Numbered from the stretch's first letter, positions 47,317 to 58,266 are shown. The stretch is DNA of 64,000 nucleotides from an uncultured Nitrospiraceae bacterium (GCA_963730935.1 CAVSTP010000002.1:800001-864000), one strand, 5' to 3'. Numbers and translations: made by a program. The notes: generated by a model from the letters alone, not told the origin.

Positions 47317-49112
47317 TGAGCCTCAATGGTCTGGTCCAGATCATGTTCTATTTCATTGTCCTGTTGGGACTGGCAAAACCATTAGGGCGGTACATGGCCC
47401 GCGTGTACGAAGGTCGGCCCTGCGGCTTGGACCGGATCCTTTCCCCGGTGGAACACCTCATCTACCGCCTGTGCGGGGTTCATCATGCTGATGAAATGGA
47501 TTGGAAGGCATACGGTATGGCCATGGTGTTCTTCAATGCGGCAGGGCTATTCACGCTCTACCTTCTCCAGCGGGTTCAAGGTCTCCTCCCGCTGAACCCT
47601 TCCTCACTCGGCATGGTGGGGCCTGACCTCGCCTTCAATACGGCAGCGAGCTTTGTGACCAATACCAATTGGCAATCCTACGGTGGCGAAACGACGCTCA
47701 GTTACCTCACGCAAATGCTGGGTTTGACGGTCCAAAATTTCGTGTCCGCCGCGACCGGGATGGCCATTTTGGTGGCGCTCATTCGCGGACTCGCCCGGCG
47801 GAATGCGCACACCATCGGCAACTTCTGGGCTGATCTCACGAGGAGCACCCTCTACATATTGTTGCCGCTCTCCCTGGTATTGGCTCTTATCCTCGTGTCC
47901 CAAGGCGTAGTGCAGACGTTCGGGGCCTATGAAACTGCCACGATGATGCAACCGGTCACGTTCGACAAACCGATCATGGATACGAGCGGGCAACCGGTAT
48001 TGGATGAACATGAGAAGCCAAAAACCGAGTCTGCAACGACGAAGTCACAGGTCTTAGCAATTGGCCCCGTCGCCTCGCAGATTGCCATCAAGCAACTAGG
48101 TACGAACGGTGGTGGCTTTTTCAATGTCAATTCTGCGCACCCGTTTGAGAATCCGACGCCGCTCTCCAATTTCCTCGAGATGCTGGCCATCCTCCTGATT
48201 CCAACAGCGCTCTGTTACACCTTTGGAGTGATGGTCGGGGACACGCGCCAGGGATGGGCCCTGCTTGCGGCCATGACCATAATCTTAATCGCCATGCTTG
48301 GGCTGGCCCTGTGGGCCGAGCAAGAGGGCAATCCTGCCCTAACCGCGATCGGAGTCGATCAGGCAGTAAGCGGCAGGCAGCCGGGCGGGAACATGGAAGG
48401 TAAAGAAGCCAGATTTGGAGTGGTCAACTCCGTCCTATGGGCCGCTGCGACTACGGGCGCATCCAACGGCTCCGTCAATTCCATGCTTGATTCCTACACT
48501 CCGTTGGGCGGGCTGGTTCCGCTTTTTCTGATGCAGTTTGGAGAGGTCGTGTTCGGAGGGGTGGGATCGGGGCTCTATGGCATGATCGTGTTCGCAATCA
48601 TTGCCGTGTTCATCGCGGGATTAATGGTCGGCCGAACCCCGGAGTATCTTGGGAAAAAAATTGAACCGTATGAAATGAAGATGGCCTCGCTACTCATTCT
48701 CATCATGCCCATCATCGTGTTAGGGCTGACGGCGGTTGCGGTGCTCACCGAACTCGGCACCTCTTCCAGGCTCAATCCCGGAGCGCATGGATTCAGCGAG
48801 ATCCTCTACGCCTACACTTCACAGGGAAACAATAACGGCAGCGCCTTTGCCGGTCTCAATGCCAACACACCCTTTTACAACATCACCGGCGGGATCGCGA
48901 TGCTGGTCTCCCGCTTTTGGTTGGCTCTGCCGACACTTGCGCTCGCCGGTGCTTTGGCGAGAAAAAAGAATATCCCGCCAGGGGTGGGCACTTTGCCGAC
49001 CCACACACCGCTCTTTGTCGCACTGCTGATCGGCGTGATTATCATGGTCGGAGCGTTGACATTCGTGCCCGCACTGGCCCTTGGACCAATTGTTGAACAT
49101 TTGTTGATGTGA
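47316..49112 (+). CDS. kdpA: K+-transporting ATPase subunit A
   Basis: SFVTNTNWQSYGGE, KQLGTNGGGFF, SNGSVNSM, GRTPEYLGKKI and NNGSAFAG motifs. Confidence 0.97.
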   Translation: MSLNGLVQIMFYFIVLLGLAKPLGRYMARVYEGRPCGLDRILSPVEHLIYRLCGVHHADEMDWKAYGMAMVFFNAAGLFTLYLLQRVQGLLPLNPSSLGMVGPDLAFNTAASFVTNTNWQSYGGETTLSYLTQMLGLTVQNFVSAATGMAILVALIRGLARRNAHTIGNFWADLTRSTLYILLPLSLVLALILVSQGVVQTFGAYETATMMQPVTFDKPIMDTSGQPVLDEHEKPKTESATTKSQVLAIGPVASQIAIKQLGTNGGGFFNVNSAHPFENPTPLSNFLEMLAILLIPTALCYTFGVMVGDTRQGWALLAAMTIILIAMLGLALWAEQEGNPALTAIGVDQAVSGRQPGGNMEGKEARFGVVNSVLWAAATTGASNGSVNSMLDSYTPLGGLVPLFLMQFGEVVFGGVGSGLYGMIVFAIIAVFIAGLMVGRTPEYLGKKIEPYEMKMASLLILIMPIIVLGLTAVAVLTELGTSSRLNPGAHGFSEILYAYTSQGNNNGSAFAGLNANTPFYNITGGIAMLVSRFWLALPTLALAGALARKKNIPPGVGTLPTHTPLFVALLIGVIIMVGALTFVPALALGPIVEHLLM

Positions 49113-49142
49113 GGGTGCAGTTCGGTACTGCGGAATCTGTCT

Positions 49143-51266
49143 ATGACGACACAAATAGGCTCCCACAAGACTCACGCTCTGTTTGAGCCGATCATCATCA
49201 GACAGGCGATCATCGATGCCTGCCGGAAGCTCGCTCCACGTCACCAGATCAAGAATCCGGTCATGTTTGTCGTGTGGGTCGGCAGCGTCCTGACTACGCT
49301 CCTTTTTCTGCAAGCGGTCATTGGGTTTGGCGAAGCGCCAGCCGGTTTCATTCTGTCTATCGCGCTGTGGCTCTGGTTCACCGTGCTTTTTGCCAACTTG
49401 GCCGAGGCCATGGCGGAAGGACGGGGCAAGGCGCAGGCGGAGTCCCTACGGCGATCTCGTCAGGAACTCACTGCCAAGAAGCTCGGCACAGTCGAATCCG
49501 CACGCGAGCCCCACACGGTCTGGAGTCGGAAACTCAACCGGTCTGGCGCGTTCAGCGTCGTGTCCGTGAATGAGTTGAAAAAGGGCGACGTCGTCCTCGT
49601 TGAAGCAAACGATATTGTCCCCGCCGACGGGGAAGTCATTGAAGGAGTTGCTTCCGTGAACGAGAGCGCGATCACGGGTGAAAGTGCACCGGTGATACGG
49701 GAAAGCGGCGGTGACCGCAGCGCCGTCACGGGAGGGACGAAGGTCCTTTCTGATTGGCTCGTCATTTGCGTGACCGCCAGTCCGGGGGAGAGTTTCCTTG
49801 ACCGCATGATTGCCATGGTGGAAGGAGCGAAGCGTCAGAAGACGCCGAACGAAATTGCGCTGAATATTCTCCTGGCCGCCCTCACGATCATCTTTCTCCT
49901 GGCGACCGTCACCTTGCTGCCATTTTCCTTATATAGCGTGGCAGCCGCTGGTCAAGGTTCACCCATCACCGTCACCGTTCTGATCGCTCTTCTGGTGTGC
50001 CTCATCCCGACGACGATCGGCGCGCTGCTCTCTGCGATTGGAATAGCAGGCATGGACCGCATGGTACAAGCCAATGTCATTGCCATGTCCGGAAAAGCCG
50101 TCGAGGCGGCCGGCGATGTGGATGTGCTGTTGTTGGACAAGACCGGCACGATTACATTGGGCAACCGCCAGGCGACGATGTTTCTACCGGCCGAAGGGGT
50201 CTCGGATCAGGCATTGGCGGACGCATGCCAGCTGTCGTCGTTGGCCGATGAAACACCGGAAGGCCGAAGCATTGTGGTGCTTGCAAAGGAAAAGTACGGA
50301 TTACGTGCACGCGACATACACGAACTGGGCGCCACATTCATGCCCTTTACTGCGCAGACACGCATGAGCGGCGTCAACATGGATAGCCGGGAAATCCGGA
50401 AGGGATCAGCCGGTGCCATCGAATCATACGTGACGAGGCAAGCGGGCCACTTTTCCCATTTTGTTCGCCTCAATGTCGAGACGATTGCCAAGCAGGGCGG
50501 CACACCGCTGGTGGTCGCAGAAGGGGGCAAAGTCCTCGGAGTCATTGCGCTGCAGGACATCGTCAAGGGGGGGATCAAAGAGCGGTTCGGTGAATTGCGT
50601 CAGATGGGAATCAAGACGGTGATGATCACCGGCGACAACCCGCAGACGGCGGCCGCAGTTGCGGCTGAGGCCGGCGTCGACGATTTTCTCGCCGAGGCCA
50701 CGCCGGAAGCCAAGCTGAAATTAATTCGCGACCTCCAAGCCGAGGGACGGCTTGTCGCGATGACGGGAGACGGGACCAACGACGCTCCGGCATTGGCACA
50801 AGCCGACGTCGCCGTGGCGATGAATACCGGGACGCAAGCGGCCAAGGAAGCGGGCAACTTGGTGGATCTGGACAGCAATCCCACGAAGTTGATTGAAATC
50901 GTGGAAATTGGGAAACAGCTGCTGATGACCAGAGGGGCATTGACGACCTTCAGTATCGCCAACGATGTGGCGAAGTACTTTGCGATCATTCCGGCTGCGT
51001 TTGCGACGACGTACCCGGTCCTGAACGAGTTGAACGTCATGCATCTGGCGACCCCTCAAAGTGCGGTCCTGTCTGCGGTCATTTTTAACGCATTGATCAT
51101 TATCGGGCTCATTCCGCTTGCCCTGAAAGGCATCAGCTATCGTCCCATCGGCGCCGGTCCGTTGCTACGACGACACCTTCTGATCTACGGCGCTGGCGGC
51201 ATCGTGGTCCCATTTATTGGCATCAAGTTGATCGACATGCTGTTGGTCGCATTGCATTTGATCTGA
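49143..51266 (+). CDS. kdpB: K+-transporting P-type ATPase subunit B
   Basis: TGES, LIPTTI, DKTGT, TGDN and GDGTND motifs. Confidence 0.98.
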   Translation: MTTQIGSHKTHALFEPIIIRQAIIDACRKLAPRHQIKNPVMFVVWVGSVLTTLLFLQAVIGFGEAPAGFILSIALWLWFTVLFANLAEAMAEGRGKAQAESLRRSRQELTAKKLGTVESAREPHTVWSRKLNRSGAFSVVSVNELKKGDVVLVEANDIVPADGEVIEGVASVNESAITGESAPVIRESGGDRSAVTGGTKVLSDWLVICVTASPGESFLDRMIAMVEGAKRQKTPNEIALNILLAALTIIFLLATVTLLPFSLYSVAAAGQGSPITVTVLIALLVCLIPTTIGALLSAIGIAGMDRMVQANVIAMSGKAVEAAGDVDVLLLDKTGTITLGNRQATMFLPAEGVSDQALADACQLSSLADETPEGRSIVVLAKEKYGLRARDIHELGATFMPFTAQTRMSGVNMDSREIRKGSAGAIESYVTRQAGHFSHFVRLNVETIAKQGGTPLVVAEGGKVLGVIALQDIVKGGIKERFGELRQMGIKTVMITGDNPQTAAAVAAEAGVDDFLAEATPEAKLKLIRDLQAEGRLVAMTGDGTNDAPALAQADVAVAMNTGTQAAKEAGNLVDLDSNPTKLIEIVEIGKQLLMTRGALTTFSIANDVAKYFAIIPAAFATTYPVLNELNVMHLATPQSAVLSAVIFNALIIIGLIPLALKGISYRPIGAGPLLRRHLLIYGAGGIVVPFIGIKLIDMLLVALHLI

Positions 51267-51270
51267 GGCA

Positions 51271-51378
51271 GGATGATGAAAAAGGCCGCTGGCGTCGTTC
51301 TCAGCGCGCCAGAATCCTCAACGTACCTCAGAGAGTACGCCTGCGGTTCTGGGCTTCGCCTGCGACATTTGATCATCC
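51271..51378. repeat. Palindromic intergenic repeat element, copy 2, between kdpB and kdpC
   Basis: Ends ggatgatgaa / tttgatcatcc; core cgttctc..ctcaacgtacc..gtacgcct as in 34376-34497. Confidence 0.7.
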
Positions 51379-51406
51379 ATAGGTCGTATACAGACGGGAG
51401 AGACAC

Positions 51407-51982
51407 GTGATAGAGCACATAAGACCTGCGCTGGCTATGTTGGTGATTTGGACCGTGCTCACCGGGCTGATGTATCCACTCGCGGTCACAAGTCTAGCTC
51501 AGCTGCTTTTCCCACATCAGGCTAACGGCAGCCTGGTTGTTCGTAATGGACAGGTCATCGGATCCGAACTCATTGGACAGTACTTTGATCAACCAAAGTA
51601 TTTTTGGAGCCGTCCATCGGCGACCTCGCCATTTCCCTACAATGCGGCTGCCTCCAGTGGGTCGAACCTCGGGCCTACCAATCCGGCCTTGATCGAAGCG
51701 GTCAAAGGGAAAGTTGCCGCCTTACGAGCAGCGGAGCCGGCCAACGACAATCCTATCCCTGTGGACCTCGTGACTGCCTCGGGAAGCGGGCTTGACCCTC
51801 ACATCAGCATCGCCGCGGCGGCGTTCCAGGTGAGGCGTGTCGCCCGCGCAAGAGGTCTGGAGGAAGGGGCAGTGGAACGGTTGGTCATGCAATGCATCGA
51901 AGGTCGCCAATTCGCGCTGCTTGGGGAATCGCGGGTAAACGTACTGAAGTTGAATCTTGCTCTCGACATGCCACCGTCCTGA
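51407..51982 (+). CDS. kdpC: K+-transporting ATPase subunit C
   Basis: [39 protein letters not shown] and [11 protein letters not shown] motifs. Confidence 0.97.
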   Translation: MIEHIRPALAMLVIWTVLTGLMYPLAVTSLAQLLFPHQANGSLVVRNGQVIGSELIGQYFDQPKYFWSRPSATSPFPYNAAASSGSNLGPTNPALIEAVKGKVAALRAAEPANDNPIPVDLVTASGSGLDPHISIAAAAFQVRRVARARGLEEGAVERLVMQCIEGRQFALLGESRVNVLKLNLALDMPPS

Positions 51983-52179
51983 ATGGTTATAGTTCGCGAT
52001 CCAACCACACATTTTTAAGCTGTCCGACTCCAGGGCGCTGCCCCATACAGAGGAAAGAGTGATGAGCCTTCTCTCAGAGACACCATAGGCCGTCACATCT
52101 TATAATGTGGCCAGAATAGTTTGCATAAAACCTCGCGGAAAATGACACTCTAGCCCCTCAGTGCGGGTTTGAGAACTCC

Positions 52180-54885
52180 ATGGCCGAGATCCGTCCTAAT
52201 CCAGATGCGCTCCTCAAACGTGTGCAGGCGGATGAAGCTCGCCAGCTTCAGGGAAAGCTCAAAATATTCTTTGGCGCCAATCCGGGAGTAGGGAAAACCT
52301 ACGCCATGCTGGAAGCGGCGCACGAGCAGCGTCGCGATGGAGTGGACATCGTCATCGGCATCGTCGAGACGCACGGGAGAGCGGAAACTGAAGCCTTGCT
52401 TCCTGGTCTTGAGGTACTGCCCCGCCGCACGGTGGAGTACCGAGGCACCGTGCTCAACGAATTTGACCTCGATGCCGCCCTTTCCCGCCATCCCACGGTG
52501 ATCTTGATCGACGAACTGGCTCACACGAATGCGCCTGCGCTTCGGCACACCAAGCGTTGGCAGGACGTGCAGGAGCTGTTGAAGGCCGGCATTACGGTCT
52601 ACACAACCGTCAATGTACAGCACCTGGAAAGCCTCAATGACGTGGTGGCGCAGATCACCGGCGTGCGTGTCCGGGAAACGGTACCCGATTCTGCAATTGA
52701 GCGGGCGGACGATGTTGAACTGATTGACCTCCCGCCGGACGATTTGCTCCAACGGCTGAAAGACGGAAAGGTCTATGTGCCGCAGCAGATTCAGCATGCC
52801 ATTCAACATTTCTTCACCAAAGGGAATCTGATCGCCCTCCGCGAATTGGCTCTCCGCCGCACGGCCGAGAGGGTCGATCAGCAAATGGAAGTTTACCGGC
52901 GCGACCATGCGGTCGTCCGTACCTGGCCGGCGGCCGAAACGATTATGGTCTGCGTAAACATGAAGCCGCGCGGGCCGCGGCTGATTCGTGCGGCGCGCCA
53001 GATGGCCACCAATCTGCATGCCAAATGTATCGCTGTCTACGTGCAAGTTCCGCGGCATCTTCGATTGCCGCAGGCCGATCGCGACCGGCTCGTGCAGACG
53101 TTACGCCTTGCCGAGCAACTCGGTGCGGAAACGGTCACGTTGACGGGAGAGCGGGTGGCACAGGAGCTGCTGAACTACGCCCGCAGCCGCAACGCAACCA
53201 AACTCATCGTGGGAAAGCCGGTTCGGTCTCTTTGGAAGGAATGGCTCTTCGGTTCCGTGGTGTCAGAGCTGGTCCACCAAAGCGGGGACATTGATATCTA
53301 CGTCATTACCGGAGAGGCAGGGGAAGGACAGCCACTCATCCGCCGCAGCCTCAAGAGAACCAGCAATCGGCGGGAATACCTCTATGCCCTCGTGGGAGTC
53401 GCCATGGCAACGGCCGTCGCCTGGGCCATGGATCCTTATTTCAGTCAGGCCAATCTGATTATGATGTACCTGATGGCGGTGATCGTCATCGCGATTCGAT
53501 TGGGACGAGGCCCCTCGGTCCTGGCCTCGGTCGTGAGCGTGGCCACGTTCGACTTCTTCTTCGTGCCGCCCTACCTGTCGTTCGCCGTCTCGGACATCCA
53601 ATATGTGTTGACCTTCGCCATCATGCTCATCGTGGCGTTGGTGATCAGCAACTTGGCCGTGCGCATCCGTGAACAAGCGGAGTTGGCCCGCGATCGAGAA
53701 CGGCGAACGGCGGTGTTGTATGCGATGAGCCGAGATTTGGCGACGCATCGAGGCACAGCCATGTTGGCTCAAGTCGCGGCGAAACATCTTCGCGAGGTCT
53801 TCGATGGTCAGGTGGCGATTTTCCTTGCGGATGCCGAAAAACGCGTTCGCCTACAGCGGGGGGAACAACTCTTCTTCGACCTCGACCCCAAAGAATCCGG
53901 TGTCGCTCAATGGGTGTTTGATCACAATGAGCGGGCAGGGTCGGGAACCGATACGCTGCCGGGGGCCAGCGCGCTCTATCTTCCTTTAGTCGGGTCGACA
54001 GGACCGATCGGAGTCGTGGCGGTCCGGCCGAAAGACACGGGGCTGTTATTGGATCCCGAGCAACTGCATTTGCTCGAATCGCTCATCAATCAAGTCGCCC
54101 TGGCCATCGAACGAACTCGCCTCTCGGACGAGGCGCAACAGGCTCACGTGCGAGTGGAAACCGAACGCATGCGGAATGCTATTTTGAGTTCAGTCTCTCA
54201 CGATTTGCGGACACCACTGGCCACCATTACGGGAGCGGCCAGCAGCTTGTTGGACGAGCGGAGCCCCCTCAACGCGAGCGATCGCCTTGAGCTCTCTCAA
54301 TCGATTTACCGCGAGGCGAACCGATTGGATCGGCTGCTCAAGAACTTACTGGACATGATGCGGATCGAGGCGGGGGCGGTGCAGCTCAAGAAGGAGTGGC
54401 ATCCGTTGGACGAGATCGTCGGAGCCGCGCTCTCCAGGATGGAAGAGCGGTTGAGGAATGTGACCGTTCGTACGACGTTCCCTCCGGATTTGCCGATGGT
54501 GCAGATTGATGGAGTGCTCATGGAGCAAGTCATGATCAACCTCCTGGAAAATGCGGCGAAGTACGCTCCTCCTGGAAGCGTCATTGAGGTTTCGGCATCG
54601 GCCGGTAACAAGGAAGTGGTCGTCGAATTGGCGGATCGAGGGCAGGGCATTCCCGTCGGGGAAGAAGTTCGCATCTTCGACAAGTTTTACCGCGCGAAAC
54701 CTGCGCGAGAAGGAGGAGTCGGGCTCGGACTCACGATTTGCCGCGGCATCATCGAAGCCCATGGCGGGCGCATCTGGGCCGAGAATCGCACCGGCGGTGG
54801 TGCGGTGTTTCGATTCGCAATCCCACTGCCGGAAGAGCAGCCTTCTATCGCCACCGAACACACCGGCAACCATCACGCATCTTAG
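52180..54885 (+). CDS. kdpD: Sensor histidine kinase KdpD (full length)
   Basis: GVGKTYAML, DELAHTN, Usp domain, 4 TMs, SHDLRTPL, NLLENA and GLGLTIC motifs. Confidence 0.97.
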   Translation: MAEIRPNPDALLKRVQADEARQLQGKLKIFFGANPGVGKTYAMLEAAHEQRRDGVDIVIGIVETHGRAETEALLPGLEVLPRRTVEYRGTVLNEFDLDAALSRHPTVILIDELAHTNAPALRHTKRWQDVQELLKAGITVYTTVNVQHLESLNDVVAQITGVRVRETVPDSAIERADDVELIDLPPDDLLQRLKDGKVYVPQQIQHAIQHFFTKGNLIALRELALRRTAERVDQQMEVYRRDHAVVRTWPAAETIMVCVNMKPRGPRLIRAARQMATNLHAKCIAVYVQVPRHLRLPQADRDRLVQTLRLAEQLGAETVTLTGERVAQELLNYARSRNATKLIVGKPVRSLWKEWLFGSVVSELVHQSGDIDIYVITGEAGEGQPLIRRSLKRTSNRREYLYALVGVAMATAVAWAMDPYFSQANLIMMYLMAVIVIAIRLGRGPSVLASVVSVATFDFFFVPPYLSFAVSDIQYVLTFAIMLIVALVISNLAVRIREQAELARDRERRTAVLYAMSRDLATHRGTAMLAQVAAKHLREVFDGQVAIFLADAEKRVRLQRGEQLFFDLDPKESGVAQWVFDHNERAGSGTDTLPGASALYLPLVGSTGPIGVVAVRPKDTGLLLDPEQLHLLESLINQVALAIERTRLSDEAQQAHVRVETERMRNAILSSVSHDLRTPLATITGAASSLLDERSPLNASDRLELSQSIYREANRLDRLLKNLLDMMRIEAGAVQLKKEWHPLDEIVGAALSRMEERLRNVTVRTTFPPDLPMVQIDGVLMEQVMINLLENAAKYAPPGSVIEVSASAGNKEVVVELADRGQGIPVGEEVRIFDKFYRAKPAREGGVGLGLTICRGIIEAHGGRIWAENRTGGGAVFRFAIPLPEEQPSIATEHTGNHHAS

Positions 54886-54897
54886 CGGCGAGCGCCT

Positions 54898-55593
54898 ATG
54901 TCACAGGAAGCGACGATCGTTCTCATCGAGGATGAATCGGAAATCCGGCGCTTTCTTCGGACAACACTCCCCGGTCATGGTTTCCGAATCTACGAAGCGA
55001 CAACAGGACAAGGAGGTCTGATCGAAATCAAATCGAGGAATCCCGATCTCATTCTGCTTGATCTCGGACTCCCGGACTTGGATGGCATCGACGTGATTCG
55101 CCAGGTGCGCGACTGGACACCAACGCCAATCATTGTGCTCTCGGCCAGAGAGCAGGAACAGCAAAAGGTCTCCGCACTCGACCTGGGCGCAGACGACTAC
55201 GTAACCAAGCCATTTGGCATCAATGAACTGCTTGCACGAATACGCACGGCCCTGCGGCATGCGGCGCGGCCTGACGAATCGGAGACGGCCTCCTGCTTTA
55301 CATTTGGTGATGTGCGCGTAGAACTCGGTCGACGTCAGGTGTTTGTGGCCGACAAGGAGATTCATCTGACGCAGATTGAATACAAACTTCTCACGACGCT
55401 GGTCCGCCATGCAGGCAAAGTCGTCACCCACCGGCAATTGCTGAAGGAGGTGTGGGGTCCGCTGCATGTCGAGGAAAGCCACTACCTGCGGGTGTACATG
55501 CGCCAGCTTCGCAACAAGCTAGAGTCCAATCCCGCGCATTCCAAGTTTCTCGTGACCGAACTCGGCGTCGGGTATCGACTGCGGACGGAATAG
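54898..55593 (+). CDS. kdpE: Response regulator KdpE
   Basis: LLDLGLPD, GADDYVTKPF, HYLRVYMRQLRNKLE and TELGVGYR motifs. Confidence 0.95.
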   Translation: MSQEATIVLIEDESEIRRFLRTTLPGHGFRIYEATTGQGGLIEIKSRNPDLILLDLGLPDLDGIDVIRQVRDWTPTPIIVLSAREQEQQKVSALDLGADDYVTKPFGINELLARIRTALRHAARPDESETASCFTFGDVRVELGRRQVFVADKEIHLTQIEYKLLTTLVRHAGKVVTHRQLLKEVWGPLHVEESHYLRVYMRQLRNKLESNPAHSKFLVTELGVGYRLRTE

Positions 55594-55659
55594 GGATTCG
55601 ACACGTCGAGATCCCGACGCGAACTGCCGGCGTGGCGCCTGGTTCAACAAGGTGGGCCT

Positions 55660-56877
55660 TCACGGCGAATCGAACGTTCCGATGAGCGCGAAGATCAGCA
55701 TCTGCTGCCCGGGTGTCAGCAGGTTGTTCGTTCCTTTGAAAAATCCGCCTCCCGCTCCGGTCGAGTCGTCGTACCGATATTCCAATCGACAGATCGTATT
55801 GGTCCACAGGTAGGGCAGCCGGTATTCCGCGGTGGTGGTGATGGCCTTGATGAACTGCTCCGAACCAGTCATGAGCCCGTTCCGGTCCCAAAAAAACTCG
55901 GGTCTTACGGAGACGGTCCAGGGGCCGGCAATGTGCCATCGAGTTTCAATGGTGGCACCGGTGTAGAAATCACGGGGATTTCCGGGAGCCGAGGCATTCT
56001 TCTGAGTCCCGATCTGATAATCGAACCCCACGGTCACCTCGTCGCCTTTCCATTCGGCGATGGTGTCGGAAAAAAAACGCCAGAACTCCAACGAGGTGGC
56101 AGCCTGGTCTGGCCCGTAATACATCGTTTCTTTGACGGTCCAGGCAGGCGCGGGCTTGTACTGTATCTGTCCGCCGTAACTCGGGAGACTGTTCGAATTT
56201 TCAAGGTGAAAATAATCGTTGATCACGAAAAACGCGCCGGTCCACTGATCGTTGAACGCATAGACGGCGTTGACGCCGAACATTAAGTAGGGGGAATAGT
56301 CGGCGATCCAGGCGCGCGAGTAGTTGCCATTGTCTTTGGCATACAGCGACTCGTAGCCGATGAAACTGTTGAACAGTCCGGCTTGAAGCGTGAGTCCGTT
56401 GCCGACCGGAGCGACATACGACACGTTCGCGCGCCCGAAGTGCCGCCAGACGTCTGAGCCGGATACTTTGGGCTGACTCGTGGCGAACCCGAACGCCTTT
56501 GAGTCCTCCCCGGCTTGGACCAACCACTCCGTCCCCCAACGAGACGACTCGGTCGCATCTTTCCGGACATAGACCGCCGCCATGTTCAGATCCAGTTCAT
56601 TGACCCGCGGTGTGGTGCTGCGGTTACGGAACAGGTGATTGTCGGGGAAATTGAAATCCAGCGAATAACCGAGATCGATGAACCCTCCATAATGCCAGAG
56701 CGGTTTCTCCTGGATCGCGGGCTCCGGTTGAGACGGTGCATCTGTTTCGGTTGCGGACTGGTCGTTGGCCGGCTCGCCGGGCGAACTCTCTCCTCCCGAG
56801 GCTGGGACGGGTATCAGGCCCGCGCACAGCCATGCGCTCAACGTGAGGGTGCAGACGAAGGAGCGGCTCAGGGACAC
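55660..56877 (-). CDS. Outer-membrane beta-barrel protein (putative porin), paralog 1
   Basis: AGGAAGGAG SD before GTG 56877; signal peptide; amphipathic strands; GLFNSFIGYES, VRPE and RLEYR motifs; ends FDSP. Confidence 0.82.
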   Translation of the reverse strand: MSLSRSFVCTLTLSAWLCAGLIPVPASGGESSPGEPANDQSATETDAPSQPEPAIQEKPLWHYGGFIDLGYSLDFNFPDNHLFRNRSTTPRVNELDLNMAAVYVRKDATESSRWGTEWLVQAGEDSKAFGFATSQPKVSGSDVWRHFGRANVSYVAPVGNGLTLQAGLFNSFIGYESLYAKDNGNYSRAWIADYSPYLMFGVNAVYAFNDQWTGAFFVINDYFHLENSNSLPSYGGQIQYKPAPAWTVKETMYYGPDQAATSLEFWRFFSDTIAEWKGDEVTVGFDYQIGTQKNASAPGNPRDFYTGATIETRWHIAGPWTVSVRPEFFWDRNGLMTGSEQFIKAITTTAEYRLPYLWTNTICRLEYRYDDSTGAGGGFFKGTNNLLTPGQQMLIFALIGTFDSP

Positions 56878-56956
56878 GCGGCTCCTTCCTTGACCTGCGG
56901 CCGTCGATCGCCGGGGTTTTCGGGAATCATGCCTCGTGAAATGTAGCGCATTATCT

Positions 56957-56974
56957 ATAAAAATGAGGTAAAAA
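56957..56974 (-). promoter_or_regulatory. KdpE-like direct repeat upstream of porin 1
   Basis: Minus strand reads TTTTTAC-ctca-TTTTTAT (11-bp period), the same shape as the kdp promoter repeats. Confidence 0.5.
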
Positions 56975-57048
56975 AGCGCAGCAACTGCCCATGAATGACA
57001 TCTAAGCAATTCCCGTACTGCGCGTGTCGCGCAGGCCGGAAAGGCTTT

Positions 57049-58266
57049 ATGACGGCCGGTCATCGCCTCCTCTTCGCCGCGGTGATCCTTTGCGCATGGG
57101 GCGGGGGCGTCATGCCGGCCAGCGCGGAAGAATCCCAGCCAACATCGTTGCCACCGGCTGCTGTGGAAGGTCTCGGACAGGACCAACAGCCCGCCAAGAC
57201 GTTGTGGCATTACGGCGCCTATTTGGATCTCACCTATCCGATTGATTTCAACCATCCTGCCAATCACATATGGCGCAGCAAGGTCACCACACAAAAGGTG
57301 AACGAGCTGAGCTTGAACATGGCAATGGCTTACGTCAGGAAGGACGTGGACACATCCTCGCGGTGGGGGATGGAGTTCGCGCTTCAGACTGGCCGCGATG
57401 TTGAAGGACAAGTGCCCAATGCCAGCCTCAGGAATGGCAACCCCTACGATAGTGCCGATACCTTCAGCCACTTCTCACGGGCCAATGTCTCCTACCTGGC
57501 GCCGATCGGGACTGGTTTGAAACTTACGGGCGGGCTGTTTAACAGCTATATTGGCTACGAATCCTTCTACGCAAAAGACAACTTCAACTATACGCGATCG
57601 CTGCTTCCAGACTATACACCCTACTTCATGGCTGGAATTTCTGCGGAATATCAGATCAACGCGTCGATCAAGACGGTGTTCTATGTCATCAACCGGTACA
57701 ATTTTCTTTCCCAGCCAAACAATCTTCCCAGCTACGGAGGACAGATCAAGTGGTCGGCTTCGCCGCAATGGACATTTGTTCAAAATGTGTACTACGGCCC
57801 GGACCAAACCGACACCAGTTTGAAGTACTGGCGCTTTTTCTCGGACAGCATTTTGGAGTGGAAACGCGATGCGTTCACCGTGGCCCTCGTGTATGACATC
57901 GGCACCGAACGGGCGATAGCTCAGGCAGGCGGCCAGCGGCAATTCTGGATGGGCAGCGCTCTCCTGAGCCAATGGCGCTTCGTCAAGGCCTGGGCGGTGG
58001 CCGTCCGTCCTGAACTCTACTATGACCCTGACGGCACGATGACCGGCGCGAAGCAATTCATCAAGGGTGTGACGACCACCTTGGAATACAAGCTGGAGTA
58101 CGCCTGGACGACGACGAGGTTTCGCTTGGAGTACCGCTTCAACAACTCCACCGGGCCTCAAGGCGGGTTTTTTACCGGAGGTCCCAACTCATCGGGAGCC
58201 ATCGGACTGACTCCGTCCCAAAATCTGCTGTTCTTCGCCATCCTCTGGAGCTTTGATTCGCCCTAA
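57049..58266 (+). CDS. Outer-membrane beta-barrel protein (putative porin), paralog 2
   Basis: Signal peptide ending ASA; same motifs as paralog 1; ends FDSP. Confidence 0.82.
   Translation: MTAGHRLLFAAVILCAWGGGVMPASAEESQPTSLPPAAVEGLGQDQQPAKTLWHYGAYLDLTYPIDFNHPANHIWRSKVTTQKVNELSLNMAMAYVRKDVDTSSRWGMEFALQTGRDVEGQVPNASLRNGNPYDSADTFSHFSRANVSYLAPIGTGLKLTGGLFNSYIGYESFYAKDNFNYTRSLLPDYTPYFMAGISAEYQINASIKTVFYVINRYNFLSQPNNLPSYGGQIKWSASPQWTFVQNVYYGPDQTDTSLKYWRFFSDSILEWKRDAFTVALVYDIGTERAIAQAGGQRQFWMGSALLSQWRFVKAWAVAVRPELYYDPDGTMTGAKQFIKGVTTTLEYKLEYAWTTTRFRLEYRFNNSTGPQGGFFTGGPNSSGAIGLTPSQNLLFFAILWSFDSP

Noticed and set aside
56878..57471. N-terminal extension of the 603-aa porin ORF
   Set aside because: Overlaps the opposite-strand porin; SD and signal peptide place the start at GTG 56877.
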